The translations under genes and the position numbers were made by a program. The notes below the pieces were generated by a model. That model ran no database searches. It worked only from the letters and a program-made list of their open reading frames with translations, and was not told where the DNA came from. Shown here piece by piece: positions 36,101-51,100 of a stretch of 64,000 bases of DNA (position 1 is its first letter; the number at the start of each line of letters is the position of its first letter). The DNA comes from Verrucomicrobiota bacterium. Lineage in GTDB: Bacteria > Verrucomicrobiota > Lentisphaeria > JABSQK01 > JAJFLO01. The stretch covers positions 9,338-73,337 of the forward strand of contig JAJFLQ010000029.1 in NCBI GenBank assembly GCA_021772615.1, read 5' to 3'.

Positions 36101-39100
36101 ACGTTGCCGGCGACCGGCTCGTATTTGCCGCCGTCGCGACAGACGTGTCGGGCAACACGTCGCGCAGCTCACAGGTCGTTGTCGACGTGGTCGCCGAAGA
36201 CATCGCGCCGGTGGCGATCGACATCGTTTTTCCGCGGGACGGTGCGTCGTACTACCACGGTCAGAGCGTCGATATCTTTACCAGTACGCCGCTTACCGCG
36301 CGAATCGTCCACGTGGATTTCTACTTCGACGCGAACCCGCCTGAAACCGAACCGGTCACGACCGACATGCAAAAGCCGTACCAGTTCGCACATGTGCTGC
36401 CGGATGCGGATGAAAACCGGAGTTACGCGATCACCGTTGTCGCCACCGATGTCGACGGCCGCACCGCGTCCGATACGATCACGGTCAACGCACTGGTCGA
36501 CGATATCATCCCCGAGGTCGCGATTCACCACCCGTTCGAATCGTCTCTGCTGATCGAGGGACGGCCGTTGGAAATCGTCGCGGTCGCCACGGACAACATC
36601 GGCGTTGACCGCGTCGCGTTTTTCGCCGACGGCGATCTGATCGGAACCGACGGGACAGGAGAATTGGAAGACGCGATTTTCACCCGATTTTCGATGGGAT
36701 GGACGTTGCCGCTCCTCAATGACGGAGAGAAAGCGCGTGATGTCGTCCTGACGGCACGGGCGTGGGACAGTAACGAAAATGTCAGCGTCGACTACGACAT
36801 CACCATAGCGGTCCGTGATGATTCACCGCCGGTTGTCGAGATTATTGAACCGTTTCCAAACCGCAGTTTTTTTATCGGCCAGACCTTCTCCGTGCAGGCG
36901 ATTGTGAGCGACGACGTCGGTGTGGACACGGTCACGTTTTATTCCGGCGGCGTCGAGATCGATTCACACGCGCTCGCCGGCGCGGTCCAGGAAACCGTCG
37001 GCATCGGCAATGTCCCAACACCGGCCGCGGACAATGCAATCATCCGGGTCGAGGTGACGGACACGACGGGACAGACGGCCTTCACCGAGATCCCCGTAAA
37101 CGTCGTACCCGATATCGAACCACCGACGTGCCGCATCACACGGCCGATCAGCGGTCTCGAGGTGCTCGATACCGATCGTATCCAGATCACCGTCGCCACA
37201 AGTGACAATCAGGCCGTGGCCGACATTGAGTTACTCGTGGACGGCGCCTCGCTTGACCCGCCGCTCTTCCTGACGCGGTCCCCGAAATTTCATACCGAGA
37301 CCGTGCTCGTGCCGAATTCCGAGACCTTCGGGCAATTGGTCCAGGAAGTCATTCGTTACGAAACATTCACCGGATCGTTCGCGATCCCGGACGACGCCGT
37401 GAATACCGATCTGGAAATTTCCGCGGCTGCCCGGGACTTCGGCGCGAACCGAACGGTTTCCATCCCGATCATCATTCACGTGGTGCCCGACCTTGTACCG
37501 CCATTCGTCCGTATTACCGCACCGAAGAGCAGCGATCGCATCTTCGCGACACATCCCGATGCAGAGGATCCGCGGGTGTTGACAATTGGCGTGGCGGCCA
37601 CGGACAACGTCCACGTACAGGAGGTCTTTGCAACGGTGCGATTTGGAGATGATGAGCCAATCGAGCTGAACCAGACCCGGTCCATCGAATTGCCGGTGCT
37701 CGAATCGGCCACGACCGTTACGATTACGGCGTCGGCAACGGACGACAACGGCAATCTCGGCATAGCCATACCGGTGGCCGTGACCGTGCTGCCCGCACCC
37801 GAATCAGATCCCGGAGGAGGAGGAGGAGGTAACGGCGGCGGAGGAAGTGAGCCGGTCGATCAACCGCCGACCGTGTCGATCGCGTCGCCTGCGGACGACC
37901 GAATATTCTACGAAACCGAGACCTACGGATTCACGGTGAACGCCCGGGACGACCTGGGGGTCGCTGCGCTCAACGCCTTTCAGTCCGATCTGGAACCGGC
38001 AACGCCGGATCCGGTCGGGCACGCGGCGTCCTGGTACTTGCCGGATTACTTCGTGCTGCAATATCTCGAGGCGCTGACGGTTAATCAGGCCGACGGCGCA
38101 CGGGAACTGACGGTGTCGCACGGCCTGTCCGCCTTCGGCAAAAACGTGGTAACAACCGCACTGACGCCGGGCGGCCTCGATGCCGACTCCCGCGACTTTG
38201 ACCTCGTGTTCGACATGTATGCGGGCGCTGTCGGCGCGACCCTCGATTACACCATCGATGCGACCATGGAAGATGGATCCGTGGTCGAAGTCGTGACCGA
38301 TACATTCACGTTTACGACCGACGAACTCAGCGCCGCGACGACGATCGCCCTCCCCTACGACACCGTGCAGTTCGCTGTCATTGCCACGCTGCACAAAGGC
38401 GGACAGGTGCTGCCCATGCCTGTCGCCGAACTGATCGTTCATCTGGATAACGCGGACGGCGCCGACATCGACATCGTCACCGATCCGACACATGCCGTTC
38501 GGATCATGCCGCAACGTCGAACAGTCACGAACACCGTCCTCGTCCCCGGCGGGCACGTGACCGACGCGTTCGACTTTCCCGACGAAATCGTGCCGACGAG
38601 CGGCCTTCCCAAACGCCGCTATTATCTTGCCGAAGCCACCGATACGGCCGATACACCGCATAGTGTATTCACCGAACCGGTTGCCGTGGTCTGGAAAAAG
38701 GACTTCGAGGCGCCGCGTATCGCGATCGACCATCCGCCGCGACACACGCTGATCGAGGGCACGTCGTTGCCGCTGACGCTGACGATGTCCGATCAGATGG
38801 GACTGGCGTCGGCCGTGCTGTTCTTTAACGGGCGACGCCATCAGTCGTATGAGCTGAGCGGTCTCAGCGCGACGTTGCAGGAGGTGATTCCGATTCCCGA
38901 AGACGCGGCGGACGACATCTGGCAGTTTCAGGTTGTGGTTTCCGATATTTTCGGCAATACAACGCAGTCGCCGCTGCTCGAGTTCGTAATACTTGACGAC
39001 CAACCGCCGTCGATCAATATCAACCGGGTATCAAACATCTGGTCCGGAGCTACGGCGATCAATGCATACAACGCGGTCTCCGGGATCGAGGTGCTGGAGG

Positions 39101-42100
39101 GCACCCGTGTTTCATTGGCCATATCCGCGTCCGACGACGTCAATCCCTCGCCCGACGTTCGCGTGTACATGGGCGATTCCGAGCTGATCCCATCCGGCGG
39201 CAGCAGTTATCACTGGGATGTGCCGATCGGCTCGGCGGGCCGGGATTTCACGATCGTGGCAACCGCGACCGACGACCGCGGTCAGACCGCCGAGTCGTTT
39301 GCGTTTCTGCGTGCGGTCAATGACCTTGCACCGTTCGTCACCATGGTGGCGCCGGGAATTGACCAACCACTGACGGCAGGGCGGCTGCTGGTTCGCATGC
39401 GCGCCGTTGCGGTCGACAACATTGATGTCAGCACGATCCGCTTCTACATCAACGATCAGGAATTCGCCCGACGGACCAACCTGGCGACGGTGCAGGTCAA
39501 CGTCGAACAGGCGCCGGTGCCGTTCGACCAGGCGACCACCCTGGGTATCGCCGAGTTCCCCGAGGAATACCAGTCGGTTGCCGCCGACGGCTATCGTGTC
39601 GTCAGTGCGTCATCCGACATCCGCATCCCGGTAGGGCTTCTCGACGACGTGACCGAGGTGAAGATGGGCGTTCGCGTCGAGGACAATTTCGGCAACGCAT
39701 ATTACGATTTTCGCATGGTCCAGGTGACCCCGGACAATTTGCGGCCGCGGATCCGTTTTATCGCGCCGGCGCTTGATCGCGATTTTATCGAAGGCACGGC
39801 GATGAACATGGCAATGTCCGCAGGTGACGACAGCTATGTACGCGAGGTGAGGATCTGGAATCATGTTGTGGTCCCGGACCTGGAATCCCAGGACTTCATC
39901 GCCGACGGCGCCGAGTTGTTGTATTCAAATTCGCGATTTCCGCTGAATGATCATGCAATCGCCTCGACGAACCTGGTGGATATACCGGAAATCGAATTCG
40001 AGGTGCGCCTGCCGACCCTGGCGGAATTGGGCATTACCGATGTCGAGCGCGTCCCGTTTAACCAGTTTACCGGGGGCACCCGGGAACGGGTGTACTACGG
40101 TGCCGAGGTCACTGATGCATCGGGCAACGTCACGCGAGGGTGGTCGTTCTACAGTATCATCACCGACAACGCCCCGATAATCGACCTGCTTACGCCGCTT
40201 CCGAATTCCTATTACCCCGAGGGCTCGCTGGTGCCGATTCATGCGCAGGTAGCCGACGATGTCTTTGTCGACTCGGTCGACTTTATCATCAACGGTGAGA
40301 TCCGGCACACGGATACAACAGCGCCGTTCAACTGGGCATACCAGGTTCCCGCCGAGATCGGCGACGACACGTTCACCGTAGCCGCGCGTGCGGTCGACAG
40401 TTTCGGCAACGTCAGCAATGAGCCGGAGATCATCGTTCATACCCGCAATGACTATCCGCCGACCGTGTCGATCAGTAACCCGACCAACGGCCGGCAACTC
40501 TACGAAGGTCGCGACCTGCTGATCCAGGCATCGGCGGGCGACGACATCGCCGTGACGTCGGTCACGTTTATGATCGACGGCGTGCCTGTGCTGACCGACC
40601 TGTCGTACCCGTATGAAATGTCGTGGAACGTGCCCTTTGATCGCGTCGGCACGTCCGTGATCATCGGTGCGTCCGCGGTCGATACCGCCGGGCAGGTCAC
40701 ACTGTCCGATCAGAACCGTGTCCACATCATACGCGACGACGAGGCGCCAACCGTTGCCATTGAGGAACCAGCGGATTTCTCGGGAATCATTGCCGGCAAT
40801 TCGGTTGAGGTGCGCGCCACTGCGCTTGATAACGTCTTCGTGTCATCGGTAGCCTTCTATCTCAACAACAGCCCGGCGCCGTTTCACGTGAATCTGGCGG
40901 CGCCGTACGCCTTTACATTGCCGATTCCGCCGGAGGCCGAAGGGCAGGCGTGGACCATCACCGCGATCGCGACCGATACCGCCGGGAACGACTCCGAACC
41001 GCGTACGGTCACGGTTAACGTGGTGCGCGACCTGCCGCCGGTGGTATCGCTGTTGGCGCCGCCGGAGACGGGTGCGTCCGTCGTCGAGGGCGAGATCTAC
41101 GTGGTATCCGCGATTGCCGACGACGACATCGACGTGGTCTATACCGAATTCTTCATCGACGACCGCTCGGTTGCGGTCGATTACGTGTTGCCGTATAATT
41201 TCCCCTTCGAGGTTCCGCTCGACGCGGACGGCAATGTGTATCGCATCCACGCCGTAGCTGTGGACACGTCGGGACAGGAAACGGCCACCCCGATCCACGA
41301 GCTGTCGGTCGTTGCCGATCAGCCGCCAAGCGTGGAACTCGACCTGCCGTTCCCGGGCACACTGGTATTTGACGGCGATGTCGTGCCGCTCCAGGCCCAC
41401 GCCGTCGACGACATCGGGATCGAGCGCGTGGCATTCTACGTCAACGGCCGGCCGACGGACGTCACGTTCAACAGCGGCGGCCAACTGGGTGAGTTCGATG
41501 CCGACGCCGTGTTCCGCGGCGAATTCATCGCGCCGGTCGGGTCCGAGGGAAATCTGTTCGAAATCTATGCGGTCGCGTACGACACACGCGGGCATGTCGC
41601 CCGATCGGAGAGCGTACGAATCGGAAAAATCCGGGACACGACGCCGCCGGAGATTACGTTGTTCTACCCCGCCGACGGTGAGATCGTGACCGAGGGCGTC
41701 GATATCGAGGTCAAGGCCAACGTCGTCGACCTCACCGGTGTCGATGAAGTGACGTTCTTCGTCGACGATGAGCCCGTGTTCACCGACTACGCACCTGCGC
41801 CCGACGATACCGTCACGCCCTACGGCATGCGCTTCAAGGTGCCGGTCGGCCGCGCCGGTGAGTTTGTCCGATTCCGCGCCCAGGCCGTCGATCCGTCGGG
41901 TAATATCGGGTTTTCACAGGAGGTCGAGATTGAACTCGGCATGGCCACTTTGGGTTCACTGGTCCAAACCAGTCAAGCGCGAAAACCTATTCCGACAATC
42001 GATGTTCAGCAGCGTGGGAGCCTGACCTATACCGTGACCAACACCACGATCGGCGGCAAGAAGGCGTGGCTTCTGGACATTGTCGATACCGTGTCCAGGC

Positions 42101-45100
42101 CGGCCGTGCCCCGGATTCTCGGGACTGCGACGCAGATCGGGTTTGGTCACGCTGCAGGCATGCATATCGACGAGAATGAAAAGGCATATGTGCTTGGCGT
42201 TGCCAACAACGACACGTCCTACATCGGCATCGTCGATATCGCCGATCCATTTCGTCCGGCCGTCGTGAGCACCACATCAATTCCGTTGCAGGAAGGCCGC
42301 GATATCGCCGCGGCCGATTCCATGGTAGTAGTCGCCAACGGCGCGGCAGGTCTCGAGATTCTTGACGCCCGCGATCCGCTCAACGTGCTGCGGATCCAGT
42401 CGGTGTTCCTGGACGGTGACGCCAATGCGGTCGAGATTCGTGGCGGCCTGGCCTATGTTGCCGCCGGTCGCGAGGGCATACATATCATCGACATTACGCG
42501 CCCGTTCATGCCGGCAATCGGCAACATCGACACGTTCGGGATCGCCGTCGACATCGACCTGCGCGGCGACTTTCTGTACGTGGCCGGGGAATCCATCGAG
42601 ACCTTCGCGACACCTGGATCGGCGCTCACGGTCATCGACGTGTCGGCGCCCGACGATCCGTTGATTGTCGCGCGAATGGATGCGGGCATACAACGACGCG
42701 ATCACAAGAGCGGCGGCGCCCAGGCGATTCACGTCCTGGACACGATCGGCCTGTTGACGACCGAAGTACGCGACCAGGACGGTGAATATGTGAAGGGTCT
42801 GCTGCGCGTCGTTGACCTGAGCGATCCCAGTCAGCCCACCGTGATGATGAGCGCCAATCTGCCATACAACGGTGCGGCGATTTCGATGGCGGCCGGCAAC
42901 GTACTCATTGCCGACGGCGCCGGCGGCCTGCGAGTCATCCCGCAGCAGTACTTCGGTATCGTCGCCGTGGCTCCGGATAACGGTGCGGAATTGCCGCGTC
43001 CCGGCGATCCGGTAACAGTGACCTTCAGCAATGTCATCCACCCCGATGCGCTGTTTGGGCCGGTCATGAACACCGCACCGGATGTCCTGCGGGTGAGCAA
43101 GGTTGACGCCGGCGGTCTCGCTCCGGTCGCGGGAGAATGGATCCGCGACGGCCTCCGCGTTCACTTTCTGAGCGCCGACGCATTCAGTCCGCACGCTCTC
43201 TACCAGATCGACGTTGCCGCCGATATACGCGACCTTGGAGGTCACACACTTGGCGTCCCGTTTATCAGCCGTTTCTTTACCGGCAGCGGCGTACCGGAGG
43301 CCGTACCGCGCATCGACACATTCGACAATCATTATATACAAATCGATGAGAATGCACCGATAACGATTACAGGAAGACATTTCGACGTCATCGATCAGGT
43401 GCTGATCGGCGGAGAAGTGGCGGAGATTCTCCGCCGCAGCAGCACCGAGCTGAAAATTGTGCCGCCGCTGAATTTTCCGGGCATGGCCGCCATTGAATTC
43501 ATTACGTTGGGTGAACGTCGGCATATTGTACATAACGCCTTTGTGTATCTGGAAGAAGTCGACGTGTCGTTCCTGACCCCGGCGATCGGGCGCCTGGCCG
43601 GGTTCGACCGCATCGAGGTCGTCGGCGCCGGATTCCACCCCGGAATCGACTGCACCATCGACGGCGTTCCCGTCTCGGACATCAAACTGATCAGTCCGGT
43701 TCGATTCGAATGCACGACGCCGCCGGGTGATTTCGGTCTGGCCGACGTCATCGTCTTCGACGACACGCGGGCGGCGGCGCTCGACGACGGATTCCTGTAC
43801 AGCCGTCTCGACGTCAAATTTGTGATGGAACACCTGACCTCTCCGGATCCGGGCGATACCACGCGGCTGTCGCCGGTGTATACGGCCGATTTCGCAATCC
43901 ACGACGACCTGCTCTACGCCGCGATCAGCGGCGCCTTCGGCGCACTCGCGATCGTCGACCTGCCGACCGGCGCGATCACCAACGACAACGCCCCGATCAT
44001 TCTCAAACAGGTCGACCTGCCCGGCGACCTGAGGCCGGAAACGATTGACATCACCACCATCGACGACCGGCTTTTCGCCGTGATCGGCGTCAGCACGTCG
44101 GCGTCGTCAGATCCCGGCGCGCCGCTGTCGGACAAGGGCGGGCTGATCCTGGTCGACGTGACCGATCCGACCAACCCCGAAATCTTCGAAGACGGCGCGC
44201 CGCAGAATGAAGGCAAGGGCCGCGCCTACCTCGACGGAATCCCGACGGCGATGGCGTTTATCGGATCCTTCGCCCTCGTCGGCACCGAGGCCGACGGTCT
44301 CTACGGCGTCGACGTCTCGACGCCGGAGACGCCGCTGGTCGTGAATCATCAGGCTCAGTTTATCCTCAACGGCCAGGCGCGGACGCCGCATATCCATGCC
44401 ATCACCCGCCGCGACGGGCTGGTGTGGCTGGCGACCGCGAGCGGGTTGATCGTCGTCGACCCGCGAACCGCCGCATTCACGCCGGTGCACTATCATCCGT
44501 CGCTCCGCGGTGATCTCGATGTCCGCGGCGAACTCGGATTCTTCGCACCCGGCGGGGGCCCCGTCATTTTTGCGGATATCCATCCAGTGCACGCGGCGAG
44601 GTCCCTGAGTCATATCGACCCCAATGTTTTCACCAATGATGCCGCGACGAATCCGCTGCTCGTCGGCAACCTCGGCCTTGCCGGTTACGGCGGTGCGCTC
44701 GGCGTGATCAACGCGGCGGACCCGGGATTTCCACGACTGTTTGATGCCGTGTCGGTGGCTACTCCGGACGGCGAATTTTCGGCCAACGCGATCTACGATA
44801 TCGCGATCCACGGTCATACCGCCATCGTCAGCGCCGTGAGGGAAAAACCGCTGCCGAACAATCAGGTTGTTATCGAAGCCGCCGCTCTGGCCTTTGTGCC
44901 GCTCCCGATTCCCAACGTCATCGAGATCCTGCCCGAACGCCTCACAACCGCGGCGCCGCTGGATACCCACGTCGAGATCACCGTGTCCGAACCGGTGGTC
45001 GCGGCAACGGTCACGCCGGAGTCGTTCCAGTTGTACAGCCCGGTGGGATCGGGAACGGGAATGTACATCGACGGAACGATTACGGTCCTCGACCCGCACG

Positions 45101-48100
45101 TCATAGAGGACGAGCTGAGCGGCATGCCGCTCGCGGCAGGTACCCGATTCCGCTTTGATCCGGTCGACGACCTGAGCGCGGGCAAGGAGTATCGGGTCAT
45201 ATTGACCGACGCGATTATCAGCGCGATATCCGAATTTCCGTTGGTCGCGCCCGTAGAATCGACATTCGTTACCACACTCGGCGATACCCGAAGGCCGGTG
45301 ATAACAGAGATCGCACCGAATTCAGGACTGGTCACCGGAGGCGTGATGGTCACCATCAACGGAACAGACTTTGATGCCAGTGCCCAGGTGCTGCTGGGCG
45401 GCGTCGGCGTCGATGACGAAATGGTGAACGGCGACGGCAGTTCGATCACGTTCGTATTGCCCCCGAATAACGCCGGCCAGGTTGCCGTAGAAGTCGTCAA
45501 CAGCAATGGCCTCGGCGCCATAGTCTTCAGCGGTTTCCTCTACCAGGAGCCCTTTCGCCTGCTGAGTGTGTCGCCGAATTTCGGACCGACCGACGGTGGT
45601 ACCGAAGTCATCATCGACGGCACGGGATTTGACGTCAGCGGGGATATCGATGTGTACTTCGACGCGGAACCGGTGACCTTCCTGCAGGTTCTATCGGCGA
45701 ACAAAATCAAGGTATCGACGCCCGACGGTCTTCTCGGCGAAGCGGATATCCGCGTCGTGAACCACGCCGGCGATCCCGACGCGGAGACGCTGGTTCTCGA
45801 AGACGCCTTTCTCTACGCACAGAACACCGACGTCACCATCGCCGCGGGATTCAATCACGACTGGGCGATCGAGCCGTTACTGAACGTCGCTTTCATGCCC
45901 GGGCTGGTAAAGCGTTGTCTTGAGTGCCCGCTGGAATTTGCCCTGCGGGTGATCGACCTCAATCTGCCCTCGGAACTAAACTTCGACCGGCGCACGAATC
46001 TCGACCAGACGATCAGCCAGCTGATCTTCGATGTGGCCGGGCAGAAGAAGCTGGGCGGCATCACGTTGCTGCCGCGACGCGACCTGGTGCTGATATCGAG
46101 CAACACGACACTGTACATCATCGACGCCGGCGATCTCAACAACATGCGCCTGCTCGCCAAGCATCCGCTGGAGAGCGATCAGGGCGGCGGCATCGCGGCC
46201 GCCGGGAATACGGTGTACGTAGCCGCCGGCAGCGACGGAGTGAAGATCTTCAACATCCACTTCCCGACCCGCCCGTTTCTCATGGACAGTTTTCAGACCC
46301 ATCGCCCGGCGCTCGACGTGACCCTGGTCGACAACCAGGCGCTGCTCGTCCGTGAGGGCGTGATCGCCAATGGGTTTTATCCCTATCGCACCGGAATCCA
46401 GCCCAATACCGGCTATGTCGAGATCGTCGACGTGGTCAGCTCGGAGCACGAGCCCTTGAGCGGGTTCCCAATCAATTTCGAGCGGACACGGATTGTCGAC
46501 AACGACGTGTACTTTATCTCGGCCGCGGAAGGCATCACGAAATATTCGCTTGCCGATCTAAGTCAACCGCAACTCCTCGGCGCGGCGCCGCAGCTTGCAC
46601 CAGTCAGCGATTTCGACATCGCCCATGACGTCGGCTACCTCGGCGGGGGCGCGCGCGGCATCACCTACGTCGACATGGCCGATGTCGACTCGGCGCAGAT
46701 CTTCGCCACCGCGCTGAATCCGACCACCGCCGGGATGACGCTGATCGAGCAGAGCGGCGGCACCGTGTACGCACTCTTCGGCGGCACGATTCAGGTGCTG
46801 CGAACACAGCGTTTCGGCGTTCATTCCAACTACCCGGTTCAGAGTCAATTGGTCCGCGTGGATATCGACCAAATCAAAGTCGACTTTACGCAGAACCTGG
46901 ACACCGCAGCGTTTACCGGGTCGTCCTTCCGCCTGGTCAACGCATCGAACGGCGACGACGCGTTCACGGATTATGCCATCGACGCCGTCGGCAATACGGT
47001 CATTGCGACGCTGCATTCACCGCTCGATGTGGATAGTCAATACCGTGTTGACGTCGCCGCCGACATTGTCGACATCTTCGGCATGACGTTACTCGACGAC
47101 GTCTCGTGGACATTTCGAACCGCCACGCTGATTGACGCCGTGAAGCCCGAGATCCTGGATATCTATCCCGGGTTTGCGCCGATGGCCGGCGGCACTCGCC
47201 TGACCATCGTCGGCAACTTCTTCGAGCAGGGCATGGCTGTGGATATCGGCGGCGTACGCTCGCCGATCTTCGAACTGCGCGGCCGGGTGACCGACAACAA
47301 CCAAAACTTCTTCACCGTGGCCAAGGTCGTCGTTCCGGGGTCCGCACGGGGGATGGCCGAAGTGCGCGTGATCAATCCCGGCGGTCTGTGGGATGCGTGG
47401 CTCGGCGGCGTGCAGTACTTCGCGCCGCTTCGCATCGATTCGGTAATGCCGGTGTTCGCGAACCCAAGAGGCGGTACCGAGATCACGGTTCTCGGCGACG
47501 GCTTTATTCCCGGCAACACGGTAGAACCCGGTACGGTAATCGACATCGACGGCATACCGGTGTCGAATCTCAAGGTGCACACGCCGTTCCGGGTGACGGC
47601 GACGCTACCGGGCGGACCGTTCGGGCCCGCGAACCTGATCGTCACCAATCCCGGTTTTGAAACGCCGGGCTTCGATCGCGTGGTGTTATTCGATGCGATC
47701 CGTTACGGACTGCGGCATATCGGCGCGGCGCAATTCACACACGCGAAACCGAAGTTCATGGTTCGCGACGAGCTGAACTTTGGCAAACTGCTGTACGCGG
47801 CCGGCGGACATTACAACGACGGCAACTCCTTCAGCTACCCGACCAACCTCCCGGAACCGTACGAGGAATTGCTCGCGAGTTATTACGCGGTTGGTTTCGA
47901 CGTCTCCGACCCGACCGACCCGATACCGGCCGTCGGCCGCACGTCGGTGCTGTCGCAGAACGAGCTGAACCGGATCCGCGATCGTCTCGATAACGGTCAA
48001 TCCGTTGGCGATCCGCGTAAGGCTCCGGACTCCCGCGCCCTCGCGGTTGCCGAGGTCACCGACATCCACGGCGCCGCACGGCGACTGCTGCTCGTGGCCA

Positions 48101-51100
48101 ACGGCAAGCTCGGCCTGACCGTGATGGATATTGACGATCCCCAGGCGATGACGGTACTCGCCAGCCAACGCGGCAGCGGCCTCGGCGCCAACGTCACGGC
48201 ACTGGACAATCTCGCCCTGGTCTCCTCGAGCGGCGACGGCGGTCAGGGGATCGATGTGTTCGATCTCTCCGATCCCGACGATCCGGTGTACCTCGAAACC
48301 CTGGCGTTCGGCGGCGGCGGCGCGCAGGTGCACCGCGGCAAGCTCTACGTCATGACGACCAGGGTGAATGAGCCCAATTATGGCTGTCCGCAGGAAATGC
48401 GTCACCCGGCGCCGCGATTCGTCGGGACCTTTGGAGATTTCGCCCGTTGTGATGGGCCTCTCGCGTCATGCTGCAATCCCCCGGAGTACGGCGGGGGCAC
48501 AATCTCCGTAGTTGACCTCGAACACCCCGGTCGCCCGGTGTTGACCACTCTAAACACCGCGGGCGCGGCGCACGACTTCAGCATCAGCGGCGATCTCCTG
48601 GCGGTAGCCGCGGACACCGCCGGATTTTATCTTTTCGACATCAGCGATCCGGAGCTGCCGCGGATGCTCTCGCATACGCCGCTGCCGGACGATCGCGTCG
48701 CGGCGGTGCCGGGAAATTACTACCGCATTGAGATCCGCGGTTCCCTGGTGTTTATCGCGGCGCAAGAAGGCGGGATTCAAATCTACGACATCAACGATCC
48801 CACCGCGCCCGTCCTCGTCAGTGCCGGCAACGAGGAGATGGCGCTTGACGTCGAACTGGTCGAGGACTCCGTGGTATCGACAGCGGACAACGGCATCGAC
48901 GTATTCGCCACGCCGTTTACGTCGGTCATCAACGTGTTTCCGGGACGTGATGCCGAGCGGGCGCCGCCGGATTCCGTCGTGACCATCCATTTTTCGCGCA
49001 ACATCCATGCGCCGAACCTCAGGCTCGGCGACAACATTCGGGTGCTCGACCGGGACGGCGAGGTTGTCGCCGGCACGCTGCTTTACCCCGACACGGGCAC
49101 CGGAACGTTTATCGTGCAGTTCGCACCCGACGGCCCGTTGGCATTCAGCGTCGACACATTGACCGAGTCCGATTTTGACCAGCTCGACGCCGGCGACGCG
49201 ATCCCGGACGTGGTGTCGCACGCCCTGGCGTCGCACGGCGTCGCGACCGGCGACACGACGAGACTGGTAACCGGCGAGTCCGGCGACAAGTGGTTGATCG
49301 TGGTCGGCGACGACATCGTGCCGGACGACATCGTCGTGCTGCGTCGCGACGGCGGCATCCTCGATGTCTTCGCGAGTGCGTTCGTCCCGGGTGAACAATA
49401 CCGGATCGAGCTGACCACGGGCATCACCGACGAAGAAGGCGGACGCCTGCCGGCGCCGGTAAGCCAGACATTCTCGGTCGCGCCGGCAGGCTCGATGCAG
49501 CCCGATGTCGAGCGGCTGTCGTCACGCTATCTCGCGATGGCGGGCGGCGAAACCGTTACCGTTTTCGGCAGCGGCTTCGAACCCGGCCTGTCCGTCACGA
49601 TCGCGGGCGCGGACGCCGACATCGTTGACAACACCGTGACGCCGACGTCGTTCGAGATCGTGACGCCGACGTTCGCCACGACCGGGCTGTCGACGCTGGA
49701 CGTACTCAATCCCAGCGGCCTGCGCGACATACGTTTCGGCAAATTCATCGTGATCGCGTCGCTGGAGCACGTCGACCTGGCAATGAGCCGCGACGCCGGC
49801 GCGGTCGAGGGCGGCGAAGAATTCTCGATCACCACGTCGGACCTGGCGCTCGTGCCGGGCACGCGCGTCGAGTTCCGCGGCGACGCCTTTTTCCGCCTCG
49901 GCGGTACCGGCGTCGGCGGCGCCGCGGACCTGGTTGATCTTGATATCACCTCGCTGAAGCATCTTTCGGGCTTCGTGCCCCGGGCCGATTTCCCGGGTTT
50001 CGTCGATGTCGTCGTGATTTCACCGAACGGCATTGAACGCGTCGTCGGGTCGTATTCGTACGTGCTGCGTCAGGACCCGGATATCGCGATCGGCGTATCC
50101 GGACAGTCGATGCGGATCGTGGACGACCGGGTCATGCTGGTCGGTTCGGAATTAAACCTGGTCGATATCAGCATTCCGGTGCGGCCGATCCGGGAGACGC
50201 GCGTGCCGCTGGACGACGACGGCCGGGACGTCTTCGTGCTCGACGACATGGCGATCGTGGCGGCCGGCAGCCGCGGTCTCGAGATCATTGACATTCATGA
50301 TCGCGACAACGGTTTCCTCGTCGACAGCGCCGCCGTCTTCGGCGAAGCGGTCGGCACCGATTTCTTCGACGACCGGCTGTACGTCGCGGTCGCCAATCGC
50401 TTCAGCCCGGACGATTCGCTGGTCCAGGTGATTGACCCGCGGACACCGCGTCTGCGGACCGTCCGCGATCTTGGCGTCAGCGGCGCGCCGTTGGACATCT
50501 ACCAGGCGAATGGTCTGCTGCATCTCGCGGTAAACCGGGATGCGCAGCTGTGGCTGATTGCGATCGACCCGTTCACGGGCGACGAGATCTCGGGCTTTGC
50601 CCTCGACCCGTCGCATTACGACGCTGTCCCGGATCACATGTCGCTGGTCGTGCGCGGCGGTCTCGCGTTGATCAATATCGGCTCGCGAATCCTGGTCGTC
50701 GATCTGGCGGCCGAGCGCGTTCGGTTCTATGCCGAGATCGCCGGTTCGGTGTCCGCATTCGACTACTATCGCGGCGTGCTGTACGTGCATCACGGCGGCG
50801 TCCTGACGCCGTTCTCGATTCCGATTCTGAACATCGAAGGATTCAGCCCCGGCGCCGGCGAGATCGCGTTGCGCGATCAGGCGATCCGGATCGACTTCTC
50901 CCGGCCGGTCAACCCGTACACCGTCACCGAAGACGTCAACGGCAACGGCGTCCTCGATCTCGCCGAGGACCTCAACGGCAACAACATGATCGATCCCGGC
51001 GAGGACCGGAACGGCAACGGCACGCTCGACCTGACCGAAGACATCAACGGCAACGGCATCCTCGACACGCCGAACGTGCGTGTCTACCTCGATCAAAACG

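Noticed and set aside
50929-51072. CRISPR-like 36-nt periodicity
   Set aside because: Degenerate in-frame coding repeats with no spacers and no cas genes.
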